In this document: positions 29,758 through 40,275 of the stretch, in pieces
Layout: every line of letters begins with the position of its first letter
Numbering within the stretch: the first letter of the stretch is position 1
Origin: the human T2T-CHM13v2.0 reference genome, Homo sapiens
Direction: 5' to 3'
DNA: 64,000 bases
NCBI GenBank assembly: GCA_009914755.4
Contig: CP086569.2
Span: 18,752,001 to 18,816,000, forward strand
Made by a program: the position numbers and the translations under genes
Notes under the pieces: model-generated
Databases searched by the model: none
The model's input: only the letters and a program-made list of their open reading frames with translations
Told to the model about the DNA's origin: nothing

Positions 29758-32700
29758 CCTACTGACCTTTTTAATTAAGGCCTTTCCAAGTCCATGAACC
29801 AAAAACAAACTTTGCTGTCCCCCAGTGAACCACAATGTATCAGTCTCTCATTTTTAGGTGACACACAGATCTTTTTAATCTCAAGAAAATTAAAAATTAG
29901 GAATGCAAAAGGTGAGATGATAGTAAATGTTTAACATGTTAACTTCTGGTGGAGTAGAGTCAGTTGCCCACTTTGAGAAAGAGTCTGATATTTTTATGGA
30001 CTCAGAAGGAAGAAAAGGTACTAACTAGTTTTGAAGAAAGCACTTCTCATCTTTTCTGGGTCCTTGTGCCTGGAACTATTAATGGCGGATGTAATGACTC
30101 AGCTTGGCTCAGGAACTTGGCCCTGAGCCACACAAGAGCTAAAGGGAAAGCATGGCCCAGGACCTTGGCCTGGGACCAGAGTCTTAAATGATAATTTACA
30201 GAAATTTGGCTCGGAGTCTGAAGTATGTTTAGTAATATAAGGTACCCTTTGTAACACATTGGAGTCCAATATGTACAAGTTCTAAAAAAGAGAGAGACTA
30301 TTTCCTGGAAGCACTCTGGTTACACAAAAGACACAACATTTTAATGCGGGGTCTTGTTTGTTTTTTTTTTTTTTTAATCTGAGTAGCTGTGGGCATGTCT
30401 TAAGCACACACACACAAAAAGTTGGGCTTTTTTTAAAAAAAAATTATTTGCTTGGGCCACAGGATTGTGCAGGATTCTTAAATTTGTGTCTGCAGCCTGA
30501 TATTTCAGGCTGTTTCTCTGCTTGCAGAAATTTTACCAATAATCCACCACAACTATGTAGCTTTTCTTTGTCAATACTATTGAAGACCTAGATAGTTTCT
30601 GAGAGTCAAAGGCACATTGTTTGAAGTTTCCTATGTGCAAGGCTTTTTGCCCTGTGAAACCACCCACATCTTTGTAAATACTGTAAAATTGTTCCTGCTT
30701 TCTTAGCAGTCATATCAGAAAAGCCCACAAGAAACAACTCCCAAACGTCAGAGAAACATTCTCCCTGGAAACACTCAAAACCACATTTGTTACCACAGGT
30801 TTTCTCATCTTCTTGATGCAGAGAATCTTTTAGTCACATCATCATCAGCTTTTCCAGTTTTTACATCCAACCCTCCACGTTCCTTACTACCCCTATAGGA
30901 AATGCCCAATGAATGAGGTGCCAGTAAAGTGCAAGTTTCTTTTTCATTACAGTACCTTAAACAAATAAAGTAAGACCTGGGGAAGTTTTCTGATACATCA
31001 ATAAATATATAGAGCCTTTCTAATATCTAGCCCTTTTTTTGGTCTTAAATGGGAAGATGTTACCTTATTGCTGAGCCAAAATCTTACTGCTTCTGACAAA
31101 TAGCCCTACAGTCAACAGAAAGATGCTGGGCCAAGATGCATTTCTTCTATAGCATGTCATAGTAAATAAAAAGCAGTCAAAGAGAGAAAGAGTGAAGAAA
31201 AGACAAGATGCTAATTTCCAGTAGAAAGAGAGACAGAGCCCTTTGAAAACCCTAATTTAAGTCATAGTGATCCCATAGATAAGAAAAAAAAAAAAGAAAA
31301 AAGGAAAAAGAAAGCAGGACATTGGCCCTTTAGATACCCCAGCTCTAAACCTTTCCCATGCCAGGGCTAGGATGACGTCCTTGGGTCTTTGCATTCTCTG
31401 GCATTTCTTCTTTTGTGGATGCCACTGCATTCTTCAGTGCCTGCAGAAGAGAAAGCTTGTGGTATGCCTGATTCACCTAAAGGTTTTCAGGGAGCTGTCA
31501 CCTGTACCAGCACCTGACCTGCTTACCTCATCACAGATAACAGGCAAAGCTGTGTGCAGTGGCTGGACTGAACCAACACTCACTCATGTATCTGCCTCCA
31601 GTCTGTGCCTGGTGCATCCATAGCAAAATGAAACCTAAGCCCATAGTTTGAGCTGAGTGCAGCCTGTAAGATGGGTTTGTAAAATTAGAAAAGCAGGCTC
31701 AAGGGAACCTTGCACAAAGGTGCCATCATCCAGAGAGGTTCTTGGCTGGTGAAGTGACACACTAGAGATCTTGTGACAAAGATGACATTCATCACCAGTG
31801 GCCAGTGGATTATTCAATTATGCCTATGTAATGGAGCCTCGATAAAAACCAACAAGACAGGATTCATAGAGCTTTTGCATAACTGAGCACATACAGTGTT
31901 CTAGAAAATTGTGTGCTCATAAAAAGAGACACTGATAATTGTAAAGGTCATACAGAGTGTAGGGGTGTTTGTTTTGAAAGAAGTTTCTGCCTTTAATAAT
32001 GTGTCCAGAATTTTAACTTATTAACTAGAACATACACTAAAGTAACCTAAATCTGCACATTCCACACATTAGAACCTGGATATTTCCACCAAAATGATTC
32101 CATAATTCACTAATGTGGTGTAACAAGTTTTACTTTAGAGCGATAAAGTTTTCTTTTGTTAACTGGGTAAGAACTAGACATTTATAAAGGAAAAGAAAAT
32201 CAAGCGATATCTCACCACCAATTCTAGTCATGTGTTCAGTTTAGGAGAATGATCGTCAGTGGATTTTGTGCCATAAGTATTTATGCTAAAAGATAAGTCT
32301 CTTATAATTGTGTGTCTCTGAAGTGTTTGTGCCACTATAAAGTCAAGGGCACCATCTCTGATCGTTCTGTGTCTTTCTGGGAGGGAAGCTAAGGCTGCTT
32401 TATATCCCAATAGAGGTATTCTAGGATATAAAAGTAAGAAAAAATCAACATTATTACAGGATTCTCTGTCATAAACATCTAATAAAACACAACTCTGGTC
32501 TTATATATAGTAGTAGCCATAGATACATATTAGAGCTTGCAAGAAGAGTCTAGTACCCAACAGTCTGTTTTTATATTTGGGCTTAGGTGTGCCTAAAATA
32601 ATCACATTTGGGCAAAGAGGCTGTTTTGTTACTCCTTGTAAAGCTACAGTGCTTAAAAATGATGTGATAATTTAAATACATAGCTTGGACATTTGCAGTT

Positions 32701-32824
32701 CTGTTTCCAAGCCTTAGCTATGGGTGAAATTGTTTTGGGCTATGAAGATGGATTAGGGCATCTTGCAACTCATGATGCATTTGTTGCCCCTTAGTTCTTG
32801 TGTCCTGAGCAGACAGACTGACAA

Positions 32825-34450
32825 TTAAAACTCATCAATTTTATTTTCAACATACTTTAACATGGATTCTATCCCTTGGGCTGAGCTCCAGATCTTCCTC
32901 AGCACCTCACACTCTCTCTCATTGGCCTGTTCCAACTCCAACTTAATATTACAGCGAACGAGGGCCTTACATTCTTCCAGTACAATTGCATTGTATGAGG
33001 CAAGCTCCTTAATTTGAATCATAACCTCTTGGGTGAAAGTTCCAGTCAAAAATACCTGAGAGACCAGGCCTTTGGCGCATGCCTCCCGTGCTGTCAGCTT
33101 TCGCCCAGCAATTAACATTTCATTGGCAGATGCTTTACCCATCATTTTGGGGAATGTAATAGAAGAACAGCCATCTGGACTCTGTCCAAAGGTCGTATAA
33201 GGGGTTTGGAACCAAGCCTTTTCATTAGCCCACACGAGATCACAAAGAGGCAGGATGGATGCACCTAGTCCAATGGCAGGGCCATTGACTGATACAACAA
33301 TAGGCTTTTTAAATTGAATAAAAGTATTCACAAAGTTCTTGATGGTGTCCACCATTTCAAGGCTTGCTGTGTTTCTGTCATTCCTTAAGTGCCTCACAAA
33401 GTACCCAAAATCAAGACCGCAGCAAAAGACACTTCCAGCTGCACTGAACAGCACGAGCTTGCTGTCATCTGCAGCAGCGCTATTCAGAGCATTAACCATT
33501 TCTTTAATTACTTCTGTATTCAGTGCATTTTTTTCTGTCGATCTAGTTGATAGCACTATCTGGGTGAATCCATCCTCTTTCTTCACTACAATGTCTCTGT
33601 ATGTGATGGCACTTTCTGTTAGCCTTATGGTGAAGTGCATCTTCTTGATAAAAGGCTGGCCTCTGCTGTCATCAGTAATATTTCTTTGCCCACCTTTCAC
33701 TCTTGGAACTGAGGTATGCATGTCTGTTGTCCCATTGGCTGCTAATGGGTCTATTAATACCACTATACCCTTTCGGGTAGCTGAACCTGTGGCCATAGAA
33801 GCAGTAACTGAGCCAGACATCTGCGACATTAGTGGGTGCATCTGAGTCTTGTTCTGTATTCCAGTCTGTTCTGCACCAGGATGTGACAAAGGGTCCCGGA
33901 GGAGTTTCCCTTCTGTCACCTTGAAGACCACCGTGTCCTGCTGATCTGCTGCAATAGGGTCCAGTTTCTCAAGTTTCTGAAAGCCACTCACAGTTTTCTT
34001 GTGGTCAAAGGGGCTGTCAGGTGCAAGGGTCTCAATAGTTGAATTTATTATCTCCATATTCTTTGTGTCGGAGAGAGTTGAAGCTGCCTTTCTCCTAACG
34101 TTCTTGCTGGCAGCAAATAACTTGCAGTTTTTGGACCTGTGGTGTTTATCAGTCACTGGAGTTTTAGGAGAGTTCTTAGAATAGTTTGCTTTTGTAGATC
34201 TGGAAGTTCTTCTTCTGGCATTGTTTGAAAAAATTCTACTGGTTGTAGTCCATGTCAGTTTTTTCTGTTTTTCAGTCTGTCGTCTATTAAAATCATGTAC
34301 ACATTTTTCACAGTTCATGAGGTGCTGCTCTGGTTCCCAAGTGTCATCCTGTTTGTCATAACCTTTCCACCGAACCAAATACTGTGTATTCCCATTTTTA
34401 TCCTGTCTTTTGTCAACAATAGCTTCAACCTCAAACTCCTGGGAAGCCAT
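32825..34450 (-). CDS. CDY2A: Intact, intronless 541-aa Y-linked testis-specific chromodomain protein (CDY family; length fits CDY2A/CDY2B). Coordinates include the stop codon
   Basis: The ORF 32825-34510 translates to ...[44 protein letters not shown]... ...[16 protein letters not shown]...[33 protein letters not shown]...KIDEF, which I recognise as human CDY. The annotated start is taken at MASQEF (34450); an in-frame upstream ATG at 34510 would add 20 codons. 541 aa matches CDY2 rather than the 540/554-aa CDY1 isoforms. The CDY2 versus CDY1 assignment, and A versus B paralogue, cannot be settled from sequence memory alone. Confidence 0.8.
   Translation of the reverse strand: MASQEFEVEAIVDKRQDKNGNTQYLVRWKGYDKQDDTWEPEQHLMNCEKCVHDFNRRQTEKQKKLTWTTTSRIFSNNARRRTSRSTKANYSKNSPKTPVTDKHHRSKNCKLFAASKNVRRKAASTLSDTKNMEIINSTIETLAPDSPFDHKKTVSGFQKLEKLDPIAADQQDTVVFKVTEGKLLRDPLSHPGAEQTGIQNKTQMHPLMSQMSGSVTASMATGSATRKGIVVLIDPLAANGTTDMHTSVPRVKGGQRNITDDSRGQPFIKKMHFTIRLTESAITYRDIVVKKEDGFTQIVLSTRSTEKNALNTEVIKEMVNALNSAAADDSKLVLFSAAGSVFCCGLDFGYFVRHLRNDRNTASLEMVDTIKNFVNTFIQFKKPIVVSVNGPAIGLGASILPLCDLVWANEKAWFQTPYTTFGQSPDGCSSITFPKMMGKASANEMLIAGRKLTAREACAKGLVSQVFLTGTFTQEVMIQIKELASYNAIVLEECKALVRCNIKLELEQANERECEVLRKIWSSAQGIESMLKYVENKIDEF
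32828..33598 (-). other. CDY2A: Enoyl-CoA hydratase/crotonase-fold domain-coding segment of CDY (aa ~285-540)
   Basis: The [20 protein letters not shown]...[36 protein letters not shown] motifs are typical of the crotonase superfamily. Confidence 0.65.
34265..34438 (-). other. CDY2A: Chromodomain-coding segment of CDY (aa ~5-62)
   Basis: [40 protein letters not shown] is a canonical chromo box (aromatic cage Y/W/W). Confidence 0.7.
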
Positions 34451-35055
34451 GAGGAAAGACACGGGATTGGAACAGTTGCTGTGCCACCTTTGTTTCAGTT
34501 GCGTCTCCACATAGACACTTCTTTCTGCCTCCAGCTCTTCACCAGGTTCTGTGTATGGATGAACCTCTTCTATTTGGTCACCACTGGTGTAGTGAAAATT
34601 GTGCGAAATAGCAGCTATGCCATGTGCCTGAACCTCTCCACACTTACTGCCTGGTGGGACAGCTTGGGCTTTGTCTCATGGTGCATGACAGCTTGCTCAG
34701 TAGCCTCAGGTGAGAGTAGCTAAATCCACAGCCCCAACCCTCTGGTGTAGTACAGAAAGCTTTCTTCCTGCCTGTTACTCTTTTGTGTTTCTTTGTTTAA
34801 TTGTGGTTGCTATGACGATTATATGGAACATTCTAATGTTATAACATTTTTAAAGTTACACTAGCTTACCTTCAGTAACATACAAAGCCTTTACTCCTGT
34901 ATAATGTACCTCCATTATTTCACTTACTGAGTTCTCAAAATTATACCTTTATTGATTTTATGTCAAAAACACAAATTAGTGGTAGTTTTTTTATTAAATA
35001 TATTTGTGTTTTAAGTTGTGTGGAGAACAAATTGTGGAGGTGCACATTGTTAATT

Positions 35056-35383
35056 GTTCGTTTTGTTTTGTTTTGTTTTGTTCTGTTTTGTTTTGTTTTG
35101 AGATGGAGTCTCGCCCTGTCAACGAGGCTGGAGTGCAGTGGTGCGATCTTGGCTCACTACAAGCTCCGCCTCCCGGATTCACGCCATTCTCCTGTCTCAG
35201 CCTCCCGAGTAGCTGAGACTACAGGCACCTGCCACCTGGCCCGGCGAATTTTTTTTTGTATTTTTAGTAGAGACGGGGTTTCACCGTGTTAGCCAGGAGT
35301 GTCTCGATCTCCTGACCTCGTGATCCACGCACCTCAGCCTCCCAAAATGCTGGGATTACAGGCGTGAGCCACTGCGCCCGGCC
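35056..35383 (-). mobile_element. Alu (AluY/S-like, antisense) with an (AAAAC)n-derived tail, inserted ~600 bp upstream of the CDY start codon
   Basis: (gtttt)n at 35056-35100 is followed by gagatggagtctcgccctgtcaacgaggctggagtgcagtggtgcgatcttggctcac... and ends ...gcgtgagccactgcgcccggcc. The insertion is absent from the paralogous position in the pseudogene copy (~38860). Confidence 0.9.
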
Positions 35384-36414
35384 AAATTTTTTATCTTACA
35401 TATTTGTTCATGTATTTATCTTTACCTTAATCTTTGCTTGTTCATACTGCTTTTGAGTGTCTGTCCATTCTACCCTGAAGTACTCCATAAGACATTTCTT
35501 AAAGGGTAGTCTACTTGTAAAAGGTGCCAGTTTGTATATGGGAATGTCATAATTTGTCCCTCACCTTTGATGGACAGTTTGGTGGATCATAATGTTTAGG
35601 CTTGACAGTTTTTTCTGACATCACTTGCAATATATTAGGCTACTGCTTTCCATCGTTTTAGTTTTCAGATAAGAAATCTACTGCTTTTCAGTGGTTATTC
35701 AGATAAGCGATCCACTGGTTATTTTTAGGGTCCCTTTTACATGACTAGCTACTTCCCCTGCTTCCCTTGAAAATCCTCAAGATTCTCTTTGTATTTATTT
35801 TAGACAGTTTAATTATCAGGTAAGTTTGAGTTTGTTTCTTTGAGTTTTTGTTACTTGGAGTCTGTTGAGCTCCTTGGGTGCTTACTTATTGTCTTAAATT
35901 GTTGCATTCTTTATGACTATGTTGTTAAATAGTATCCATGATTTTTTGTCTCTTCCTTGGAACTTCCAAAATGCGTATGTATGGCTGCTTGATGGTGTCC
36001 CTCAGGTTTCTAGGCTGTATAAATCTGCCTTGCCCCTTTTCAGACTCCATTGGTGACCACTATATGGTTGACTGACCCCAAGGGTGTGTATCACAGTGTG
36101 GGGACAGTGTGTCAGTTGGTCTCGCAAGGCTGATGCGTCCCAGAGCTCAATTCCCAGACTTCAATCATTGCAGTCTCATTAGTGCACTACGATCTAGAAA
36201 TCTCTAATTGTGAGGTATCACACAGAGTTCTTTGTCTCATGGCCAAGAAAATTCAGGAGGATGGATGCAAAAAGGTTGAATCAAAACTTTTATAAGTGAA
36301 AGTAAAAAACTCTTCACAGTGAGGGGTGAAATGTGAGTGGTTTACCTACTATGAGGCTGTGCTTTACGGTTTCTAAGGGCAGAGAAGTAAAGAAATGTGC
36401 TTAGTGTTCTTGGA

Positions 36415-36600
36415 GTAGGCGTTATTTGGCTTGGCCCTGAAACTTGGCCTTGGATTCATCTGGAGCTGAAGTGATGATTTGTAGAAGCTACAAGGCTCAG
36501 CCTTGGAACTTGGCCCTGGACCAAGAAGGAGCTGAAGTGACAGCTTGGCCTGAGACCTTGGCCTGGGATCAATCAAGGGATGAAGTAATGTCTCATGGCC
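36415..36600. repeat. Tandem array of about three 55-60-bp units (ttggccctgaaacttggccttgg...ggagctgaagtgatga)
   Basis: Visible directly. Related motifs occur at 30090-30190 and 11650-11760. The array sits exactly at the junction between the two CDY duplication units. Confidence 0.6.
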
Positions 36601-36654
36601 ACAATAATTAAGGAGGCTGGATGATGCAAAGTTCAAGTAGGAACTAAAGTAACA

Positions 36655-38540
36655 CAACAGCCATCTGGACTCTGTCCAGATGTCATATAAGGGGTTTGAA
36701 ACCAAGGCTTTTCATTAGCTCAGAAGAAATCACAAAGAGGCAGTGTGGATGCACCTATTCCAAAGGATGGGCCACTGACTGATACAAAAACAGGCTTTTA
36801 AAATTGATTGAAAGTATTCACAAAGTTCTTGATGGTGTTCACCATCTCAAGGCTTGTTCTGTTTCTGTCCTTCCTTAAATACTTCAGAAAGTACCCCAAA
36901 TCGAGACCACAGCAAAAGACACTTCCAGCTGCACTGAACAGCACAAGCTTGCTGCCACCCACAGCAGCCCTATTCAGAGCATTAACCATTGCTTTAATTA
37001 CTTCTATATTCAGTACATTTTTTATGTTGATCTAGTTTATAGGCACATCTGGGTGAATCTGTCCTCTTTCTTCACTGCAATATCTCTGTATGTGCTGGCA
37101 CTTTCTGCTAGGCCTATGATGAGGTACATCTTCTGGATAAAAAGCTGGTCTCTGCCACCGTCAGTAACATTTCTTTGCCCAACTTTCACTCTTGCAACTA
37201 ATGTATGCACATCTGTTTTTCCATTGGCTGCCGATTGGCCCATTAATACCCCTATACCTTTTTTGGTAGCTGAGTCTGCAGCCATGGAAGCCGTAACTGA
37301 GCCAGACCTCTGAGAAAATAGTGGTTGAATCTGGGTCTTGCTCTCTATTCCACAATGTCCTGCCCTGGGATCTGATAAAGCCCTGATGATCTTCCCTTCC
37401 TCCTCCTTGAAGACCACTGTATCCTGCTGATCTGCTGCAATAGGGTCCAGATTCTAGAGTTCCTGAATGCCACTCACTGTGTTCTTGTTGTTAAAAGGGT
37501 TGTAAGGGGCAAGTGTCTTTCTTGATAGTTGAACACAGTAGCTCCATATTCTTTGGGTCGGACAGAGGTGACCCTGGATTACTGCTAACATTCTGGCTGG
37601 CAGAACATAACTGGCTGCTTTTGAATTTGTGGTGTTGGCCAGACACTAGCGTTTTAGGAGTATTCTTAGAAAAGTTGGGCTTGGTAGATGTAGAAGTTCA
37701 TCTTCTGGTATTGTTTGAAAAAGTTCTAGTTGTTCTGGTCCATGCCACTTTTTTACTTTTTCTGTTTTTCAGTCTGTCATCTGTTAAAGTAATATATATA
37801 TTTTTGACCGGTGCTGCTCTGGTTCCCAAGTGTCATACCGTTTCTTCTTAACCTTTGCAACACCAAAAATTTTTGTTGTTGTTGTTGTTTTGTTTTGTTT
37901 TTTTTTTTAGACAAAGTCTTGAGCTATCACCCAGGCAGGAGTACAGTGGCACAATTGCACAATCTCGGCTCACTGCAACCTCCACCTCCTGGGTTCATGC
38001 GATTCTCCTGCCTCAGCCTCCCGGGTAGCTGAGATTACAGGGGCCTGCCACCACGCCTGGCTAACTTTATGATTTTTAGTAGAAAGAGGTTTTCACTGTA
38101 TTAGCCAGAATGGTCTCCATCTCCTGAACTCGTAATCTGCCCGCCTCAGCCTTGCAAAGTGCTGGGATTACAGGCATGAGCCACTGTGCCTGGCCTCTGT
38201 CTTTCCATTTTTGTCTCATCTTTTGTCAACAATAGTTTCAACCTCAAACTCCTGGAAAGCCAGGAAGAAAGACACAGGATTGGAGCCATTGCTGTGCCAA
38301 ATTTTTTCCATTTGCGTCTCCACATAGCCACTTCTTTCTGCCTCCAGTTCTTTACCAGGTTCTGCGTATGGATGAGCCTATTCTATTTCATCACCACTGA
38401 CGTAGTGAAAATTGTTTGAAATAGCAGCTATGCTATGGGCTTTAGGCTCTCCACAATTATGCCCTGGTGGGACAGCTTGGGCTTTGTCTCATGGTGCATG
38501 ATAGCTGGCTTAGTAGCCTCAAGTGAGAGTAGCTAAATCC
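36655..38540 (-). pseudogene. CDY-family pseudogene: a second tandem copy that is 3'-truncated (lacks the last ~115 codons), frame-disrupted, and split by an Alu in the chromodomain region
   Basis: 36655-36990 aligns to 33170-33500 and 37037-37417 aligns to 33560-33940, with ORF fragments [34 protein letters not shown]... and ...SVTASMAADSATKKGIGVLMGQSAANGKTDVHT... 38200-38540 aligns to 34370-34770. Homology continues into the 5' flank (38545-39450 versus 34770-36050). Confidence 0.8.
37870..38195 (-). mobile_element. Alu (AluS-like, antisense) inserted in the chromodomain-coding part of the CDY pseudogene
   Basis: (ttg)n/(ttttg)n tail followed by agacaaagtcttgagctatcacccaggcaggagtacagtggcac... 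and ending ...gcatgagccactgtgcctggcc. Absent from the intact gene at 34400. Confidence 0.9.
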
Positions 38541-39564
38541 ACATCTCTTACTCTCTGGTGTAGTACAGAAAGCTTTCTACCTGTCTGTTACTCTTTTTCT
38601 TTTTTAATTGTCATTGATACTGTGATTACATTGAATATTCTAAAGGTATTCCACTTTTAAAGTTATACTAGCTGACTTTCAATAACACACAAATCCCTTA
38701 ACCCTGTATAACTGCACCCCCATGATTTCCTTATTGAGTTCTCAAAATCATACCTTTATGCACTGTATGTCAAAAACGCAAGTTAGTGATAGTATTTTTA
38801 TTAAATATATTTGTGTTTTAAATTGCATGGGAAACACATTGTGGAGGTGTACACTGATATTCTTTATGTTTTATAATAGCTTATATATTTATCTTTACCT
38901 TAATATATATCCATTCATACTGCTCCTTATTATCTGTTCATTTTACCGTGAAGTATCCCATAAGGCATTTTTTAAAAAGATAGTCTACTGGTAAAATGTC
39001 CCAGCTTTTATCTGGAAATGTCATAATTTCTCCCTCACTTATAAGGGACAATGTTTTGAACATAAGATATCTGTTCAAAAGTTTTTTCTCACATCATTTG
39101 GAATATGTTAATCTATTGCTTTCTGTCCTCTGAGTTTTCAGATAAGATATCTGCTGATTATTTTTGAGGGTTACTAGCCAGTAACATAACTAGCCACTTC
39201 TTTTGTTGCTTTCAGGATTTTCTCTGTCTTTCTTTTGAAGAGTTTAATTATCATATAATTTGAGTTTGTTTATTTGAGTTTCTCTTACTTGGAGTTTGTT
39301 GCCTTTGACATTCTTTAACATTATTGTTTCTAAATAGTCTTCCTGATTCTTTTTCTCATCCTTTGAACTTCCAGTATGCGTAATATGGCTGCTTGATAGT
39401 GTTCCATGGCATTTTAGGCTTTATTCCCATTGCTTTATACTTTTTCTATCATGTCCTAACTTAATTATGTCAACACCCTTTCTTTGGTTTGCTGATAGTT
39501 TGTTCTTCCCCCAGCTCAAGTCTGCTTTTAAATATCTGTAGTGAATATTTTTTTCTTTTTATCC

Positions 39565-40025
39565 CTAGATTTTTTTAGGTTTCAAAATAATTTTACTTTT
39601 TTATTAATTTTTGTTCATATTTTTTTTGTAGTTCTTTTGTTTCTTCTATTAGCTTATTCTGAAACTTAATTTTAAATATTATGTTTCTGTAAGACCACCA
39701 TTTGGGCTGTCTAAAAAAAGTTTCAGACCATAATTTTTTTTTACTTCTTAAAATGAGCCATACTTCTCTGCTTCGCTGTGTGGTTTATCTCTAGACTTTT
39801 TTAGGTTTTAAAATAATTTTACTCTTTTGATTAATAATTTTTGTCCGTAAGTGTTTGTGCTTCTTTTGTTCATTCTATTAGCTTATTATGTAGCTAATTT
39901 TAAATATTATATTTTAGTAAGGCTGCCATTTGGGCTGTCAAAAAAAGCTTATTTTTTCATAATTATTTTGTAGTTGTTATTAAAATGAGCCATACTTGTC
40001 TATTTCACTCTGTGGTTTGTGATTT
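39565..40025. repeat. ~225-bp tandem duplication (2 copies, ~85% identical)
   Basis: ctagatttttttaggtttcaaaataattttactttt...ccatttgggctgtctaaaaaaag...aaaatgagccatacttctctg (39565-39790) is repeated at 39790-40025. Confidence 0.7.
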
Positions 40026-40230
40026 TGCTGGTGCTGAAAAAGAGCATTTAAATTTTAAAGTGCTGTGACTTTGAAAATAAGATTTTCTACTTCTATGGTT
40101 TGGTAGAGTTTTGTTTACTCATTATATAGGCTCTTTCTCTCCTGTAAATCAGCTGTACTGAGCTTCGTCTTGGGTCTCTTTTGAGGCACATTGTTTTGAG
40201 GCACATATCGTTAAAACCACAATTCATTAC

Positions 40231-40238
<8 letters not shown>

Positions 40239-40272
<34 letters not shown>
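40239..40272. repeat. (TG)17 microsatellite preceded by (TA)4
   Basis: Visible directly. Confidence 0.95.

Positions 40273-40275
<3 letters not shown>

Noticed and set aside
33339-33845. 168-aa plus-strand ORF (and 142 aa at 34295-34723) overlapping CDY
   Set aside because: Antisense shadow ORFs within the CDY coding region, with low-complexity hydrophobic composition and no homology. The minus-strand frame is the recognisable one.
34451-35050. CDY core promoter or TSS call
   Set aside because: The flank is conserved in the pseudogene copy, consistent with a duplicated promoter or 5' UTR, but I see no unambiguous TATA/Inr/CpG-island signal and cannot place the TSS without expression data.
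36655-38540. Possible second functional CDY gene
   Set aside because: The reading frame is broken into short fragments (36798-36989, 37037-37417). The last ~115 codons are missing. An Alu is inserted in the chromodomain region. This is a pseudogene.
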